This document shows positions 31,589 to 41,389 of a DNA stretch of 64,000 bases, one piece after another; the first letter of the stretch is position 1; every line of letters starts with the position of its first letter. The stretch is from contig CAVXYC010000029.1 in NCBI GenBank assembly GCA_963765765.1, positions 96,001 to 160,000 of the forward strand, given 5' to 3'. The position numbers and the translations under genes were made by a program. Source of the stretch: an uncultured Chloroflexia bacterium (GTDB taxonomy: Bacteria > Chloroflexota > UBA6077 > JACCZL01). The notes under the pieces were generated by a model. It was given only the letters and a program-made list of their open reading frames with translations, was not told where the DNA came from and did not search any database.

Positions 31589-32209
31589 GTCGATTCAACG
31601 GGTCCGTAGCTTCTGTCGCACGGTGGCAGCGAGTATAGGCGCTATGACCGACCGATTTCTCGATCGTGCCCGGCCGATGGGCGAGTCACGGACGCAGCGG
31701 GAGATTGAGCACGAAGGTGTCGATGTCCGCGACCTTCGAGCCCGACTTAACTTTGACTCAGGGTCTACGAGTCGAATCTTCCGTTCGCTCGAGCAGCAAG
31801 GCTTGGTGTCGGTCGCCCCGAGTCCCTGCGACGCAAGAGTTCGCCGGGCGCGTCTCACCGAGGCAGGAATTGCCGAACGAGTTGACCCCGCCAGCTGGCA
31901 TGTTCGTTATTGCCCACCTGGGAGACCGCCCCGTAGGGTGCGAAGCACTCAAGTTCCATCTTGATGCCGGCCGAGCTGAAGCGAATGTGGATCTCACCTG
32001 AAGCACGGGGTCTCGGGCTCGGTCGAAGCTTACTGGAAGAGCTGGAGCGTCAGGCGCAAACCAAGGGAGTGAAGGTTGTCCGTCTCGAGACCAACCGCGC
32101 TCTGAATGAGGCTATCACTCTCTACCGAAGCTCTAGTTACAAAGATGTCGCCGCGTTCAGCAATGAGCCTTACGCTCATCACTGGTTCGAGAAGGACCTA
32201 TCTCCGTAG
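31578..32209 (+). pseudogene. MarR-HTH/GNAT acetyltransferase fusion, internally deleted and frameshifted
   Basis: Three frames carry successive pieces: MarR (IQRVRSF...DSGSTSRIFRSLE...DARVRRARLT), GNAT start (ELTPPAGMFVIAHLGDRPVGC) and GNAT end (AELKRMWISPEARGLGLG...YAHHWFEK). The linker region is missing. Confidence 0.8.
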
Positions 32210-32262
32210 TGCTGCCTTGGCTGTAGTGTTGGCACCGCGAGCGATACGGCAGCGGCCGTTTT

Positions 32263-32410
32263 CGGTGGGACAGGCGTCTCTGCCCAATACGGTTCAGTTA
32301 AGCGGTGGGAGGCCGGTGGGACAGTCGAGACGACTGTCCCACCGATTCACGGGCGATCTCCAATCCTTAACTAAACTAAACCGTATTGGGCAGAGTCCCC
32401 TGTCCCATCG
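32263..32410. repeat. Composite REPIN/MITE-like fold-back element
   Basis: Outer ~40-bp inverted repeats (CGGTGGGACAGGCGTCTCTGCCCAATACGGTTCAGTTAAG / CTTAACTAAACTAAACCGTATTGGGCAGAGTCCCCTGTCCCATCG) and inner hairpin GGTGGGACAGTCG-aga-CGACTGTCCCACC. Confidence 0.85.
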
Positions 32411-32472
32411 CGTACGAGCGCTAACTCGACTAAACTGGGCTGGTCTCGTCCGTAGCCCTATAACATCCATGG

Positions 32473-33432
32473 TTAGAGCGACAGCGGATCCTCATAAAAA
32501 TCTAGCTCGGCCAATGCTAGCGATGCGGCATCTCGGACTTCGGCACGCTTGTCGTCAAAAGCGTAGACCAATCCCTCGCGCGCCTCGTCGCCGCCCAGCT
32601 CGCCTAGCGCCTTGATAGCCGCCAGGCGTACTTCCACCTCTTCATCGTCCAGCATCTCAACGAGCGCCGGGACCGAGGATTGATCCGGAATCTCGCCACA
32701 GGCAGTCGCCACTGCCAGTCGAACCTTCGGGTCCTCGTCCTCCACTACACGTAAGAGTCGCGAGAGCCAGCGCGGCTCGCCAGAATGGCCCATGGCACGA
32801 ATGGCATCGATGCGTAAGGCATCGTCATGGAACAACTCGTCGATTTCGGCCGCGACCTCCGGGGTGGACAGGTGACCGGCAGCCTCCAGCGCGGCGCCTC
32901 TGACGCCGACGGGCTCCTGTTCACGGCGAACGAGCCGTATCAGTAGTGCTTCTAGCTCGTCCGCATCTTCCTCATCCCATTCTCCGAGCTCGATGCTCTG
33001 AGCAAACGGGGCTAGTGCGCGGCCGGCTCGTTCACGCACCCGATTGTCTGGATCAAATTCGAGCAGCTTCATCAGGTGGCCGAAAAGCCATCCTGATTTG
33101 TCCTCGATGATGGCGTTGATTCCCGCAAGCCTTAGCTCAGGGTCATCGTCTTGCATGGCAAGGTGATAGACCTCGTTAAACTCGAGTCGAAGATCGTTCT
33201 CCTCGTGATCTCGCAGGCGCTTCAGAATTGCGTGGCGCTCAGCCGTACTGAACTTGTCCCAGATGAGCTTGAATGAATCCAATCGATCGCCGGAGATGTG
33301 TGTTAGCTGAAGATAGTGCTCGTCTCGCAGGGGCTCGCCGGCGGCAACGAGCTGAAGGGCCTCGTTGAAGACCTCCTTCGCATCACGCTCGTTCTCTATT
33401 TCGACGTCTAGTTGATGTTGATCGTCTTGCAT
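32473..33432 (-). CDS. HEAT-repeat (PBS lyase-like) protein
   Basis: Repeated D.D..VR..A..ALG units; acidic. Confidence 0.85.
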   Translation of the reverse strand: MQDDQHQLDVEIENERDAKEVFNEALQLVAAGEPLRDEHYLQLTHISGDRLDSFKLIWDKFSTAERHAILKRLRDHEENDLRLEFNEVYHLAMQDDDPELRLAGINAIIEDKSGWLFGHLMKLLEFDPDNRVRERAGRALAPFAQSIELGEWDEEDADELEALLIRLVRREQEPVGVRGAALEAAGHLSTPEVAAEIDELFHDDALRIDAIRAMGHSGEPRWLSRLLRVVEDEDPKVRLAVATACGEIPDQSSVPALVEMLDDEEVEVRLAAIKALGELGGDEAREGLVYAFDDKRAEVRDAASLALAELDFYEDPLSL

Positions 33433-33541
33433 TGCCCTACCGCCCTTGCTTCAGTCGCACCATACCGAAGCGCAGAGGCGATTCGGCGAAGACTCATTCC
33501 GTGATTGAGCCGTCTGGCTCCTCGGTTGCTACGCGGCCTGT

Positions 33542-35000
33542 CTAATATGCCCGCGCAAAGAGCGCCCGACGCTCACTCGGCGCACCGCAGTAGACGCACG
33601 CGCCCGGGTCCTCCACCTCTCCGCGGGGAAGACAACGAATCGTGGCGCCAGTTTGTTCCTTGATCGCCGCCTCGCATTCAGGACTTCCGCACCACCTGGC
33701 GCGAATGAAGCCTCGAGAGCCTTGCATGACCTGCACAAATTGGTCCATTGAGTCCACCGTGTGGGTATTCTCATCGCGGTTCGCGCGCGCACGTTCGAAG
33801 AGCGAGCGTTGGATGTCTTCGAGGGTTTCAGCCACACTGTGCGGGAGATCAGCCTCCGCCACGGTCTGCTTGGCGCGGTTATCGCGTCGAACCATCATGG
33901 CAACGCCGTTCTTGACGTCGCGCGGGCCGACTTCAAGGCGAATGGGCACGCCACGAAGCTCCCATTCATTGAACTTCCAGCCCGGAGTCTTGTCAGACCA
34001 GTCGGTTTTCACGCGAAACGTTGGCCTCAGCGCAGTCTCGATACGCCCTACCGCGTCCCTAATAGCTTGCTCATCCTCGGGCGTTTTTGCAGGAATAGGG
34101 ACGATGACCACATGAATAGGCGCGATGTGGGGCGGAACAATCAGTCCCGCATCGTCGCCGTGAACCATGATCAGCGCGCCCACGGTCCGTGTGCTCAGTC
34201 CCCAGCTTGTGGTCCAGGCATGGCGACGCTCGCCATCCAAATCCTGAAAGCTAATGTCGAATGCGTGCGCGAAGTTCTGGCCGAAAAAGTGAGACGTACC
34301 AGACTGAAGCGCGCGACCGTCTGGCATAAGGGCCTCAACGGTGTAGGTGGCATTGGCCCCAGGAAACTTCTCCGACTCCGTCTTCTGACCGGGAATCACC
34401 GGAATAGCGAGCTCCGTCTCCAGGAAGTCACGATAGACCTCGAGCATGCGCTGCGTCTCTTCTTCGGCTTCATCGGAGGTGCGATGTGCGGTGTGGCCCT
34501 CCTGCCAGAGGAACTCGGCGGTGCGCAGGAACGGCAGCGTACGCTTTTCCCAGCGCACCACGTTGCACCACTGGTTGATGAGCACTGGCAAGTCTCGCCA
34601 CGACTGAACCCACTCGCTATACATCGTGCCGATAATCGCCTCGGAGGTGGGCCGAATTGCCAGGCGCTCCTCGAGCTCTTCACCGCCCGCATGCGTGACC
34701 CAGGCGACTTCGGGAGCAAATCCATCCACGTGATCGGCCTCGCGCGTCAGTAGGCTCTCAGGGACAAAGAGTGGGAAATACGCGTTGGTATGGCCGGTCG
34801 CTTTGAAGCGGGCGTCGAGTAGGCCCTGCATGTTCTCCCAGATGGTGTAGCCATAGGGTCGAATGACCATGCAGCCGCGGACCGGGGAGTAGTCAGCCAG
34901 CTCCGCCTTGGCGATGACGTCAAGGTACCACCGGCTGATAATCTTCCGACCTGCGAGGAAGCTGCTCGACGAATTTCCTATCGCCCGAATCTCCAGCCAC
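33542..35000 (-). CDS. proS: Proline-tRNA ligase (archaeal/eukaryote-like type), frameshift near 34938
   Basis: RPTSE, FLRTAEFLWQEGHT, TSWGLSTR, C-terminal zinc domain ending FARAY. GTG 35000 gives MAGDSGDRKFVEQLPRRSEDY, which joins SRWYLD if one extra base is removed. Confidence 0.95.
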
Positions 35001-35037
35001 GCTTCATTCTCCCCAGGTCTCACACGCCCCAAATGAC

Positions 35038-35138
35038 AAAACCGCCCCTTCCAGATGGAGGGGCGTTGCGGCGCGCTCGTATCTTGACTCTTGAACTGTC
35101 AGCTAAGGAATTGTACTGGCCAGCCGCTGGCTCGGCAA
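35038..35138 (-). promoter_or_regulatory. proS promoter and short leader with a terminator-like hairpin
   Basis: TTGCCG-N17-TACAAT (35138-35110). Hairpin CGCCCCTCCA-tct-GGAAGGGGCG plus GTTTT (35065-35038) lies ~37 nt before the start codon. Confidence 0.6.
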
Positions 35139-35257
35139 GAATGGGCGTTCTTCCGACCCGCTGGCTAGATACTCGCCCACAAGGGCTACTAGCGCATACC
35201 AGGTGTCTCCCAGAAGAGACAACCCCTCCAGGAATCCCCGAACGGCATACCTTTTCA

Positions 35258-36436
35258 ATGAACGTCCCCTTCCCATCCTGGTTGGAAATCGATCTGGACG
35301 CAATCGAGGCAAACGTGCGCTTCCTTCGTCACCTGGTTGGGCCGAGATGCCGTGTGGCGGCGGTGGTGAAGGCGCAGGCCTACGGACTTGGCGCGGAGGA
35401 GGTCAGTCGAGCCGCGCAGCGTGGCGGAGCAAGCCAGCTTGCCGTTGCACGGGTCCATGAAGGCGTGGCGCTACGGCGCGCGAGATTGGATCTACCCATA
35501 CTTGTGCTCTCGGCGATCACTCCTGGCGAAGTCGCTCTGTGCTGTCAACACCGTCTGACGCCCACTATCGCTGATCTGACCACGGCCGCATTGCTGGACC
35601 GCGTCGCTGAAGGTCTTGGCCGTCGGCTACCCGTGCATCTGAAGGTGGACACGGGACTGACCCGCTTCGGTGCTCAGGCCGAATCGGTGCTCCAACTGGG
35701 TCGGTATCTACTGTGCTCAGGGTGGCTCGAGGCCGAGGGGCTGTATACGCACTTCGCATCATCGGATGAAGCTGATTTGACATTTACGTACGACCAGGTC
35801 AGGCGCTTTACCGACGTACGCTCCCAACTTGCCGGGCTGGGATTGGGGTTCTCCGTCATCCATGCGTCCAATAGCGCTGGAGCCATCCGTGTACCGGAGG
35901 CGCGGTTTGACATGGTGCGCACGGGAATAACCATGAGCGGATATTCGCCGTCGCCCGACGTCCCCTCCGATGGGCTTCGCCCGGCCGCTGCGCTCAAGGC
36001 GGTGCTCGCTCGCACATACGACCTGAAACCGGGTACTACCATTGGCTACGGTCGCACATTTACCGTGCAGACTCCAAAGCGCGGAGGACTTGTTCCACTT
36101 GGCTACGCCGACGGAGTGCCACGGGCGCTCTCGAATCGAGGTACGATGCTGGTTCAAGGGCAGCGCGTTTCCATCATCGGACGCGTCTCCATGGACCAAT
36201 GTGTCGTTGATGTCTCCGACGTTCCGAATGCAGGCGAAGGTGACGAGGTCACGGCGCTGGGTTCACAGGGTGATGAAGAAATCACGCTGAATGAATTCGC
36301 GGCATGCGCAGACACAATCCCGCACGAGGCGCTCTGCCGTCTGGGACCGCGACTTCCACGCGTCTATCGTCGCGGCGGCCAGATCACCCGTGTGATGACG
36401 TTTGAAGGCTCCGATCCTCCGGATTCATGGAGTTAG
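35258..36436 (+). CDS. alr: Alanine racemase
   Basis: AVVKAQAYG (PLP Lys), HLKVDTGLTRFG, IGYG, GRVSMDQ. Confidence 0.95.
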   Translation: MNVPFPSWLEIDLDAIEANVRFLRHLVGPRCRVAAVVKAQAYGLGAEEVSRAAQRGGASQLAVARVHEGVALRRARLDLPILVLSAITPGEVALCCQHRLTPTIADLTTAALLDRVAEGLGRRLPVHLKVDTGLTRFGAQAESVLQLGRYLLCSGWLEAEGLYTHFASSDEADLTFTYDQVRRFTDVRSQLAGLGLGFSVIHASNSAGAIRVPEARFDMVRTGITMSGYSPSPDVPSDGLRPAAALKAVLARTYDLKPGTTIGYGRTFTVQTPKRGGLVPLGYADGVPRALSNRGTMLVQGQRVSIIGRVSMDQCVVDVSDVPNAGEGDEVTALGSQGDEEITLNEFAACADTIPHEALCRLGPRLPRVYRRGGQITRVMTFEGSDPPDSWS

Positions 36437-36508
36437 CTACAAACCACGAGAAACTCAGCGCGGGCGGTCCAGTGTGATGAGCCGTATGACGGCGGTTAAC
36501 TTTTAGAC

Positions 36509-39241
36509 CTACGAGCCGGTAGCCACCGCCGCACCCGCCAGCCACTGCTCGATGGTCTCCGCAACGCGACGACCGGATCCTGTGTCGAGCTTGGCCTCGG
36601 GCAGTGACCGCAAGAATGTGCTGCCGTAGAACTTCGATAGCACACGGCGGTCGAGGATCAGCAATGCGCCGCGGTCGCGCTGCGATCTGATCAGCCGCCC
36701 AAACCCCTGGCGAAAGCGCAGAATCGCCTGCGGGACGGCATATTCACGAAACGGGTTCTCAAACAGCTCACTCCTCGCCTGGAACACCGGGTCGGTCGGC
36801 ACGGAGAACGGTAAACGCGGAATGATGACGCAGCTCAGCGTCTCTCCAACCACATCCACGCCCTCCCAGAAGCTGCTGGTGCCCAGCAACACGGCAGGCT
36901 GACGACTGCGAAATGTTTCCAATAAGGCGTCTCGCGAGGCTGCGTCGACACCCTGGCCAAGCACCAGGATTCCTTGCTCGTTGAGTGGCTCTCTGATGGC
37001 CTCATACGTCGAACGCAGCTGCGAATGAGATGTGAAGAGCACAAGCGTCCGTCCGCGAATCCTGGACACGACGCGCTCAGTGACCCACTCAACCGATCGC
37101 TGATAGTTCGGCTGATTCGGCTCAGGAAGGTCCGACGGCGCACACACGAGGGTCGTGCGGGCATAGTCGAATGGTGACGCAACCCGCAGCTCGGTGCATT
37201 CCCCAACACCCATGCGTCCGCGAACGTACTCAAATTTCCCGGCGGTCGTTAGCGTGGCTGATGTGACGACGACCGTGGCCTTCGTTCCGAAAATACAGCG
37301 AGCCAGCGTCTCACCGACTTCCAGCGGAGCTAGCGATAGTGATAGCTCGTCACCTCGCCCCCGCGTCAGCCATGTGATTGGGTCACTTCCGCTTTCTCCC
37401 AGCGCCCGATGAAGCTGGGTACGCGCCAGGTCCCAGAAACCCGCCTCCGCGGAGAGCAGGCCAGCAATCTCATCCGCATCCTCGCGTTCCGTCGTGTGCT
37501 GTTCCAGTGCCGAGATTACCTTAGAGATAATCAGCGCTAGGCCGCTGAGTGACCGAGCCAGTCCGTCCCAGCCGATCTCGACATGCGACCAATCGGGCTG
37601 CGCTCGGGTGGCCTCAGTGAGTCGCAATGTCACCTGACCGCCATCGCCCACTTGCCCATGGTTCTGAAGAAACTCATTCAGAAGGACAATCAGCTCGTCG
37701 ACGGCACTACGGCAGCGCTGCACACTTCGATCACCATCCGTGTAGCTGACGGTGAGGGCACTGCCGGACTGCCGCGCGACTGCGAGTGCGGCGCGGAGCA
37801 CGCCCGGCCCGGAAGGGGAGTCGAGAAGCGTGTCCAAATGGCGCGTGAGCTCTCGCCCGGTCACGGTCCAACCGAGCTGTGACGTCGCTTCATCCTCGAG
37901 ATGGTGTCCCTCATCGATGATGAGATGGTCGAAATCGGGCAGAACGTGAGCCTGATTCAGCGTATCGGTGAGCAACAATGCGTGATTGATGATGACTAGG
38001 TGACTCGCTTCTGCTGTCCGACGTGCACGGGCGATGAAGCAGACTCCCGCTCGGTGGTACTGGCAGCGCATTGGCGTACAGGCTTCCGCGAGAGCACTCA
38101 ATCGGCTCCAGGCTTGCTCTTCCGCCGAGCTAAGACGCAGCTCAGCTTTATCTCCAGTCTGCGTGTGAGGCAGCCACAGCACGGTCTTGATTAGAAGTGT
38201 GCGCTCGGCCTCCGTGTGGTTGTCGCTGGTGAGAAGCTGCCACCAACGTCTCAGACAGAGATAGTTGGATCGCCCCTTGATGACCGCGGCGCGAATATCT
38301 AATCCCAGCGATTCCAGGACTCGAGGCACATCCTTCAGGAAGAGCTGATCCTGGAGATTGATCGTATTGGTGGATACCACCACTCGACGGTTGTTCTGGT
38401 CCGCGTAAAGCGCCGCTGGCACGAGGTACGCAAATGACTTCCCCGTGCCTGTTCCGGCTTCAACCAGCGCATGTCCGCCCTCGTTCATTACGCTCGTCAC
38501 GGTTTCGAGCATCTGAACTTGCGATGGTCGCGACTCGAAATGCTCCAGGGACCCGGCCAGCGCTCCCCCGCCGCTCAGGGCTGCACGGGCGACGGCCAGC
38601 TCAATCGGGTTCTGCCGTGACGTTGTGGGGAGAGGGTCAGGCAGTGGCAGAGTAACGGTGGGTAATTGGGCGACATTGATGCCGCCCGTACCATCGATAC
38701 CGCCGGTTGCGCTTCGGCGCGATTCACGCTCCACTTCCACGAAGAATGGATGCAACGGCCAGTCGGTCGGGCTGCCGAGTCGTACGATCAGCTGCAACGT
38801 TGCTGCATCGAGCTCCAGTGCGTGGCGATAGAGCCGTTGAAAGGCGGCAAGGAGACTCGTGGCTCCAACAGACAGCGCGTCATCGATGGAAGACCGATCG
38901 TCGATCGGGATATCCTCACCAAGGACCTCAAATGAAGCGCCCGGCAACAGGACCGCCGCAAGCTCAGTCATGTCAATGAGCGACGCGCCCCAGAATAGTC
39001 CGGAGCGCGAGACGAGCTCCACTAAGTCTCCGTTCTCGGCGATAAGGAGACGGCCCGCGTGCTCACCCACACGTTGTCTCGAACGAGTAGTGGCCTCCGC
39101 ACCAACCAGCACTTCGGCTCGATCGAATGGCTGACCATCGCGAATGTGATCCACGATGATCGTGCGCTCGTGGAGCCAATTGGTGGATTCGGTCACGACC
39201 AGTAGATCGTCCGTCCACGTTGCCTCAGGCGCGGCGGTCAT
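36509..39241 (-). CDS. dinG: DinG/XPD-family Fe-S helicase with a degenerate N-terminal exonuclease-like domain
   Basis: EAGTGTGKS, KGRSNYLC, C..C...C Fe-S cluster motif, DEGH, SFWEGVD, QGFGRLIR. Confidence 0.9.
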   Translation of the reverse strand: MTAAPEATWTDDLLVVTESTNWLHERTIIVDHIRDGQPFDRAEVLVGAEATTRSRQRVGEHAGRLLIAENGDLVELVSRSGLFWGASLIDMTELAAVLLPGASFEVLGEDIPIDDRSSIDDALSVGATSLLAAFQRLYRHALELDAATLQLIVRLGSPTDWPLHPFFVEVERESRRSATGGIDGTGGINVAQLPTVTLPLPDPLPTTSRQNPIELAVARAALSGGGALAGSLEHFESRPSQVQMLETVTSVMNEGGHALVEAGTGTGKSFAYLVPAALYADQNNRRVVVSTNTINLQDQLFLKDVPRVLESLGLDIRAAVIKGRSNYLCLRRWWQLLTSDNHTEAERTLLIKTVLWLPHTQTGDKAELRLSSAEEQAWSRLSALAEACTPMRCQYHRAGVCFIARARRTAEASHLVIINHALLLTDTLNQAHVLPDFDHLIIDEGHHLEDEATSQLGWTVTGRELTRHLDTLLDSPSGPGVLRAALAVARQSGSALTVSYTDGDRSVQRCRSAVDELIVLLNEFLQNHGQVGDGGQVTLRLTEATRAQPDWSHVEIGWDGLARSLSGLALIISKVISALEQHTTEREDADEIAGLLSAEAGFWDLARTQLHRALGESGSDPITWLTRGRGDELSLSLAPLEVGETLARCIFGTKATVVVTSATLTTAGKFEYVRGRMGVGECTELRVASPFDYARTTLVCAPSDLPEPNQPNYQRSVEWVTERVVSRIRGRTLVLFTSHSQLRSTYEAIREPLNEQGILVLGQGVDAASRDALLETFRSRQPAVLLGTSSFWEGVDVVGETLSCVIIPRLPFSVPTDPVFQARSELFENPFREYAVPQAILRFRQGFGRLIRSQRDRGALLILDRRVLSKFYGSTFLRSLPEAKLDTGSGRRVAETIEQWLAGAAVATGS

Positions 39242-39243
39242 AC

Positions 39244-39663
39244 TCAGCGACTCGGTCTGGATCGAGGTCCGAATACAATTCGCACGAGCATCGCCCCGGC
39301 CGAACGAGCACGCTTGTCTTGTGAGACTCTCCAGACAACCGGAGCGGCTCGAACCGTACTGCCCATGATGGTCCTCAAGAAGGCTGAGGAAGCTGGTACG
39401 CTGGCCGAGAGCATGAATCGAAGTAGAGCTAGCATAGCCGGACTTGTGGTATCGGCAGGCGGTGACGTGCGCGGAAACAGGCGGTTGACCGTCGAGCGGG
39501 TTCCATGGCCAATCGCATTGACCGCGACTCGACGGGCTGAGAAGGTACGCCGGCACCTCGAGACCTCTTGCAGTCCGTTGACCGTCGCGGCAGTGAAATC
39601 CGCGCTGGATTCCGCCAGGCGCTCGATCGGAGATGTGTCTGGGCGTGCTGAATGGCGTCGCAT
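39244..39663 (-). CDS. Possible hypothetical protein abutting dinG
   Basis: 139-codon ORF whose TGA lies 2 nt before the dinG ATG; no recognisable motif. Confidence 0.25.
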   Translation of the reverse strand: MRRHSARPDTSPIERLAESSADFTAATVNGLQEVSRCRRTFSARRVAVNAIGHGTRSTVNRLFPRTSPPADTTSPAMLALLRFMLSASVPASSAFLRTIMGSTVRAAPVVWRVSQDKRARSAGAMLVRIVFGPRSRPSR

Positions 39664-39722
39664 GTGACCGAATGAATGGTACTGGATCACGCCCATCGAT
39701 GATGGCGAGAACGTCCACGTCG

Positions 39723-39849
39723 CTGGGACCGCCGACATCCTGACGGCCCGGGCCTCACGGGGCCGACTGAAGACGACTCGGATTCCGGTGCTCTGGTTTC
39801 CGCAAGGCGACCTCTGAGGGCCGGGCCGTCAGGATGTCGGCGGTTCCAG
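39723..39849. repeat. REPIN-like fold-back element
   Basis: 35-bp inverted repeats CTGGGACCGCCGACATCCTGACGGCCCGGGCCTCA / TGAGGGCCGGGCCGTCAGGATGTCGGCGGTTCCAG; each arm contains a short REP-like palindrome. Confidence 0.85.
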
Positions 39850-39889
39850 AGAGTCTGCACCGAGAGGAATTGTGAGTCTCCGGACGCGG

Positions 39890-41389
39890 CTATTTCCCCA
39901 GCGCGGCGGCCATAACTCTGCGTGCCGCCGGGGTGGCGAAGTCGGATCCGCTGCCAGCATGCTCCACAATGACTGCTACGGCGATTTGCGGGTCTTCAAC
40001 CGGAGCGAAGCCTATGAACCACGAATGCGGCGTCTCTCCCGGGCCGGATTCGGCCGTGCCAGTCTTTCCGCCGACGATTACTCCCGGAATCTTCGCTTGA
40101 GTGGCGTAGGCGTATTCCACGCTGTCCACCATGAATCGCTTCAGGTCAGACGCTGTGGATGACTTGATTGCGCGCTGTTGAAGCGGAGCCAACGCGTTGG
40201 CCAAGGTTGGCTTGAGCGGCCGCTCGCTCTTATCTGCCGATACGGCTCTTTCCGCCAGATAGGGCGTCGGAACAACACCATCGTTGGCAATCGCCGCCGA
40301 GACAAGCGCCATCTCCAGTGGAGTAGCCGAGACCTCGCCCTGTCCGAAGCCAGACTGAGCCAGGAGAGACGCGTACCACTCGCCGTCACCTTTCATCCGA
40401 CTCGTCATAACAGGAAGGTCGAATACCTGGGGTCGCTCGAAGCCGAATGCCCGCGCATAGCCGGTGAGTGCATCCGCCGAGGCGCGCACGTCCAGGTTGG
40501 CCCACGGACGGGTAGCGACGGAACGATCGTCCAATCGCGGCGCGAGAGGAGCGCCCAACGGTAGGAACATACCGGTGAGAGCAAACGTACGGTTACACGA
40601 CCAGGCGAATGCTTCGCGAAAATTCACTGTGGCCAGGTGCGAATGATTGCGGCAGTCAACGCTCAGTGCGTCAATCTGGGCGGCAGTCGTGCATCTGAAT
40701 TCCGTCTCTGAATCCACGATGCCACGGTCAAGAGCAGCGGCGGCAGTGATGACTTTAAACGTGGAGCCCGGTGGATAGACCGCCTGGATCGCACGATTCA
40801 ATAATGGGGCCGCGCGGTCCTGGCGCAATGTATCCCAGACCCGCTCGATGCTATTGGGGTCGAAGCCCGGTTGGCTGACCATTGCCAGGATCTCACCACT
40901 GTGCGGATTCAGAGCAACGATCGCACCGGGCCTATTGCCAAGCGCTTCGGCCGCCGCTCGCTGCACAGGAACATCGATCGTCGTCACCAGATCCGCGCCT
41001 TGAACGGGCGCGCCCAAAAACCGATGACGAATCTGTTGAATGACGCCGCCTCGGCTACCTCGCAGTACGTCGTCATACCGATCTTCCAACCCGGTGTTGC
41101 CGAGGCGCAGACTATGAATGCCCGTAACGTGCGCAGCTGACCCGAGCGAATATTCTCGAACGGGCTCGTCGTTGCGAATGCTGGTTCGTGCGATTGGTTC
41201 GCCGCCACGCGCGAGAATCGCTCCGCGGGCGCGCTCTGCCTCATCGAGGTTGCGAACGTTATCTGGGCGGCCCAGCAGGCTGGCACCCTGCAAAAGAACC
41301 CAGTAACCGAGTGTTAATCCGCATATCGCAAGACCGACCAGAAGCGCCCCGCCAACGTGTCGAATGCTTTTATCCATGGATACGCTCAC
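39890..41389 (-). CDS. pbpA: Class B penicillin-binding protein (PbpA-like)
   Basis: YPPGSTFK (SxxK), SCN, GKTGTAE, N-terminal TM helix. Confidence 0.92.
   Translation of the reverse strand: MSVSMDKSIRHVGGALLVGLAICGLTLGYWVLLQGASLLGRPDNVRNLDEAERARGAILARGGEPIARTSIRNDEPVREYSLGSAAHVTGIHSLRLGNTGLEDRYDDVLRGSRGGVIQQIRHRFLGAPVQGADLVTTIDVPVQRAAAEALGNRPGAIVALNPHSGEILAMVSQPGFDPNSIERVWDTLRQDRAAPLLNRAIQAVYPPGSTFKVITAAAALDRGIVDSETEFRCTTAAQIDALSVDCRNHSHLATVNFREAFAWSCNRTFALTGMFLPLGAPLAPRLDDRSVATRPWANLDVRASADALTGYARAFGFERPQVFDLPVMTSRMKGDGEWYASLLAQSGFGQGEVSATPLEMALVSAAIANDGVVPTPYLAERAVSADKSERPLKPTLANALAPLQQRAIKSSTASDLKRFMVDSVEYAYATQAKIPGVIVGGKTGTAESGPGETPHSWFIGFAPVEDPQIAVAVIVEHAGSGSDFATPAARRVMAAALGK

Noticed and set aside
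35001-35250. T-box riboswitch upstream of proS
   Set aside because: No TGGNACC antiterminator motif and no space for stem I; kept only as an unknown leader.
36478-36500. GAGCCGTATGACGG resembling the start of group II intron domain V
   Set aside because: The 3' half of D5 and D6 are missing and no RT is nearby; the 72-bp intergenic gap is too short.
39242-39718. N-terminal 159-aa extension of the 1069-aa DinG ORF
   Set aside because: Low-plausibility composition; recognisable homology starts at MTAAPE (39241).
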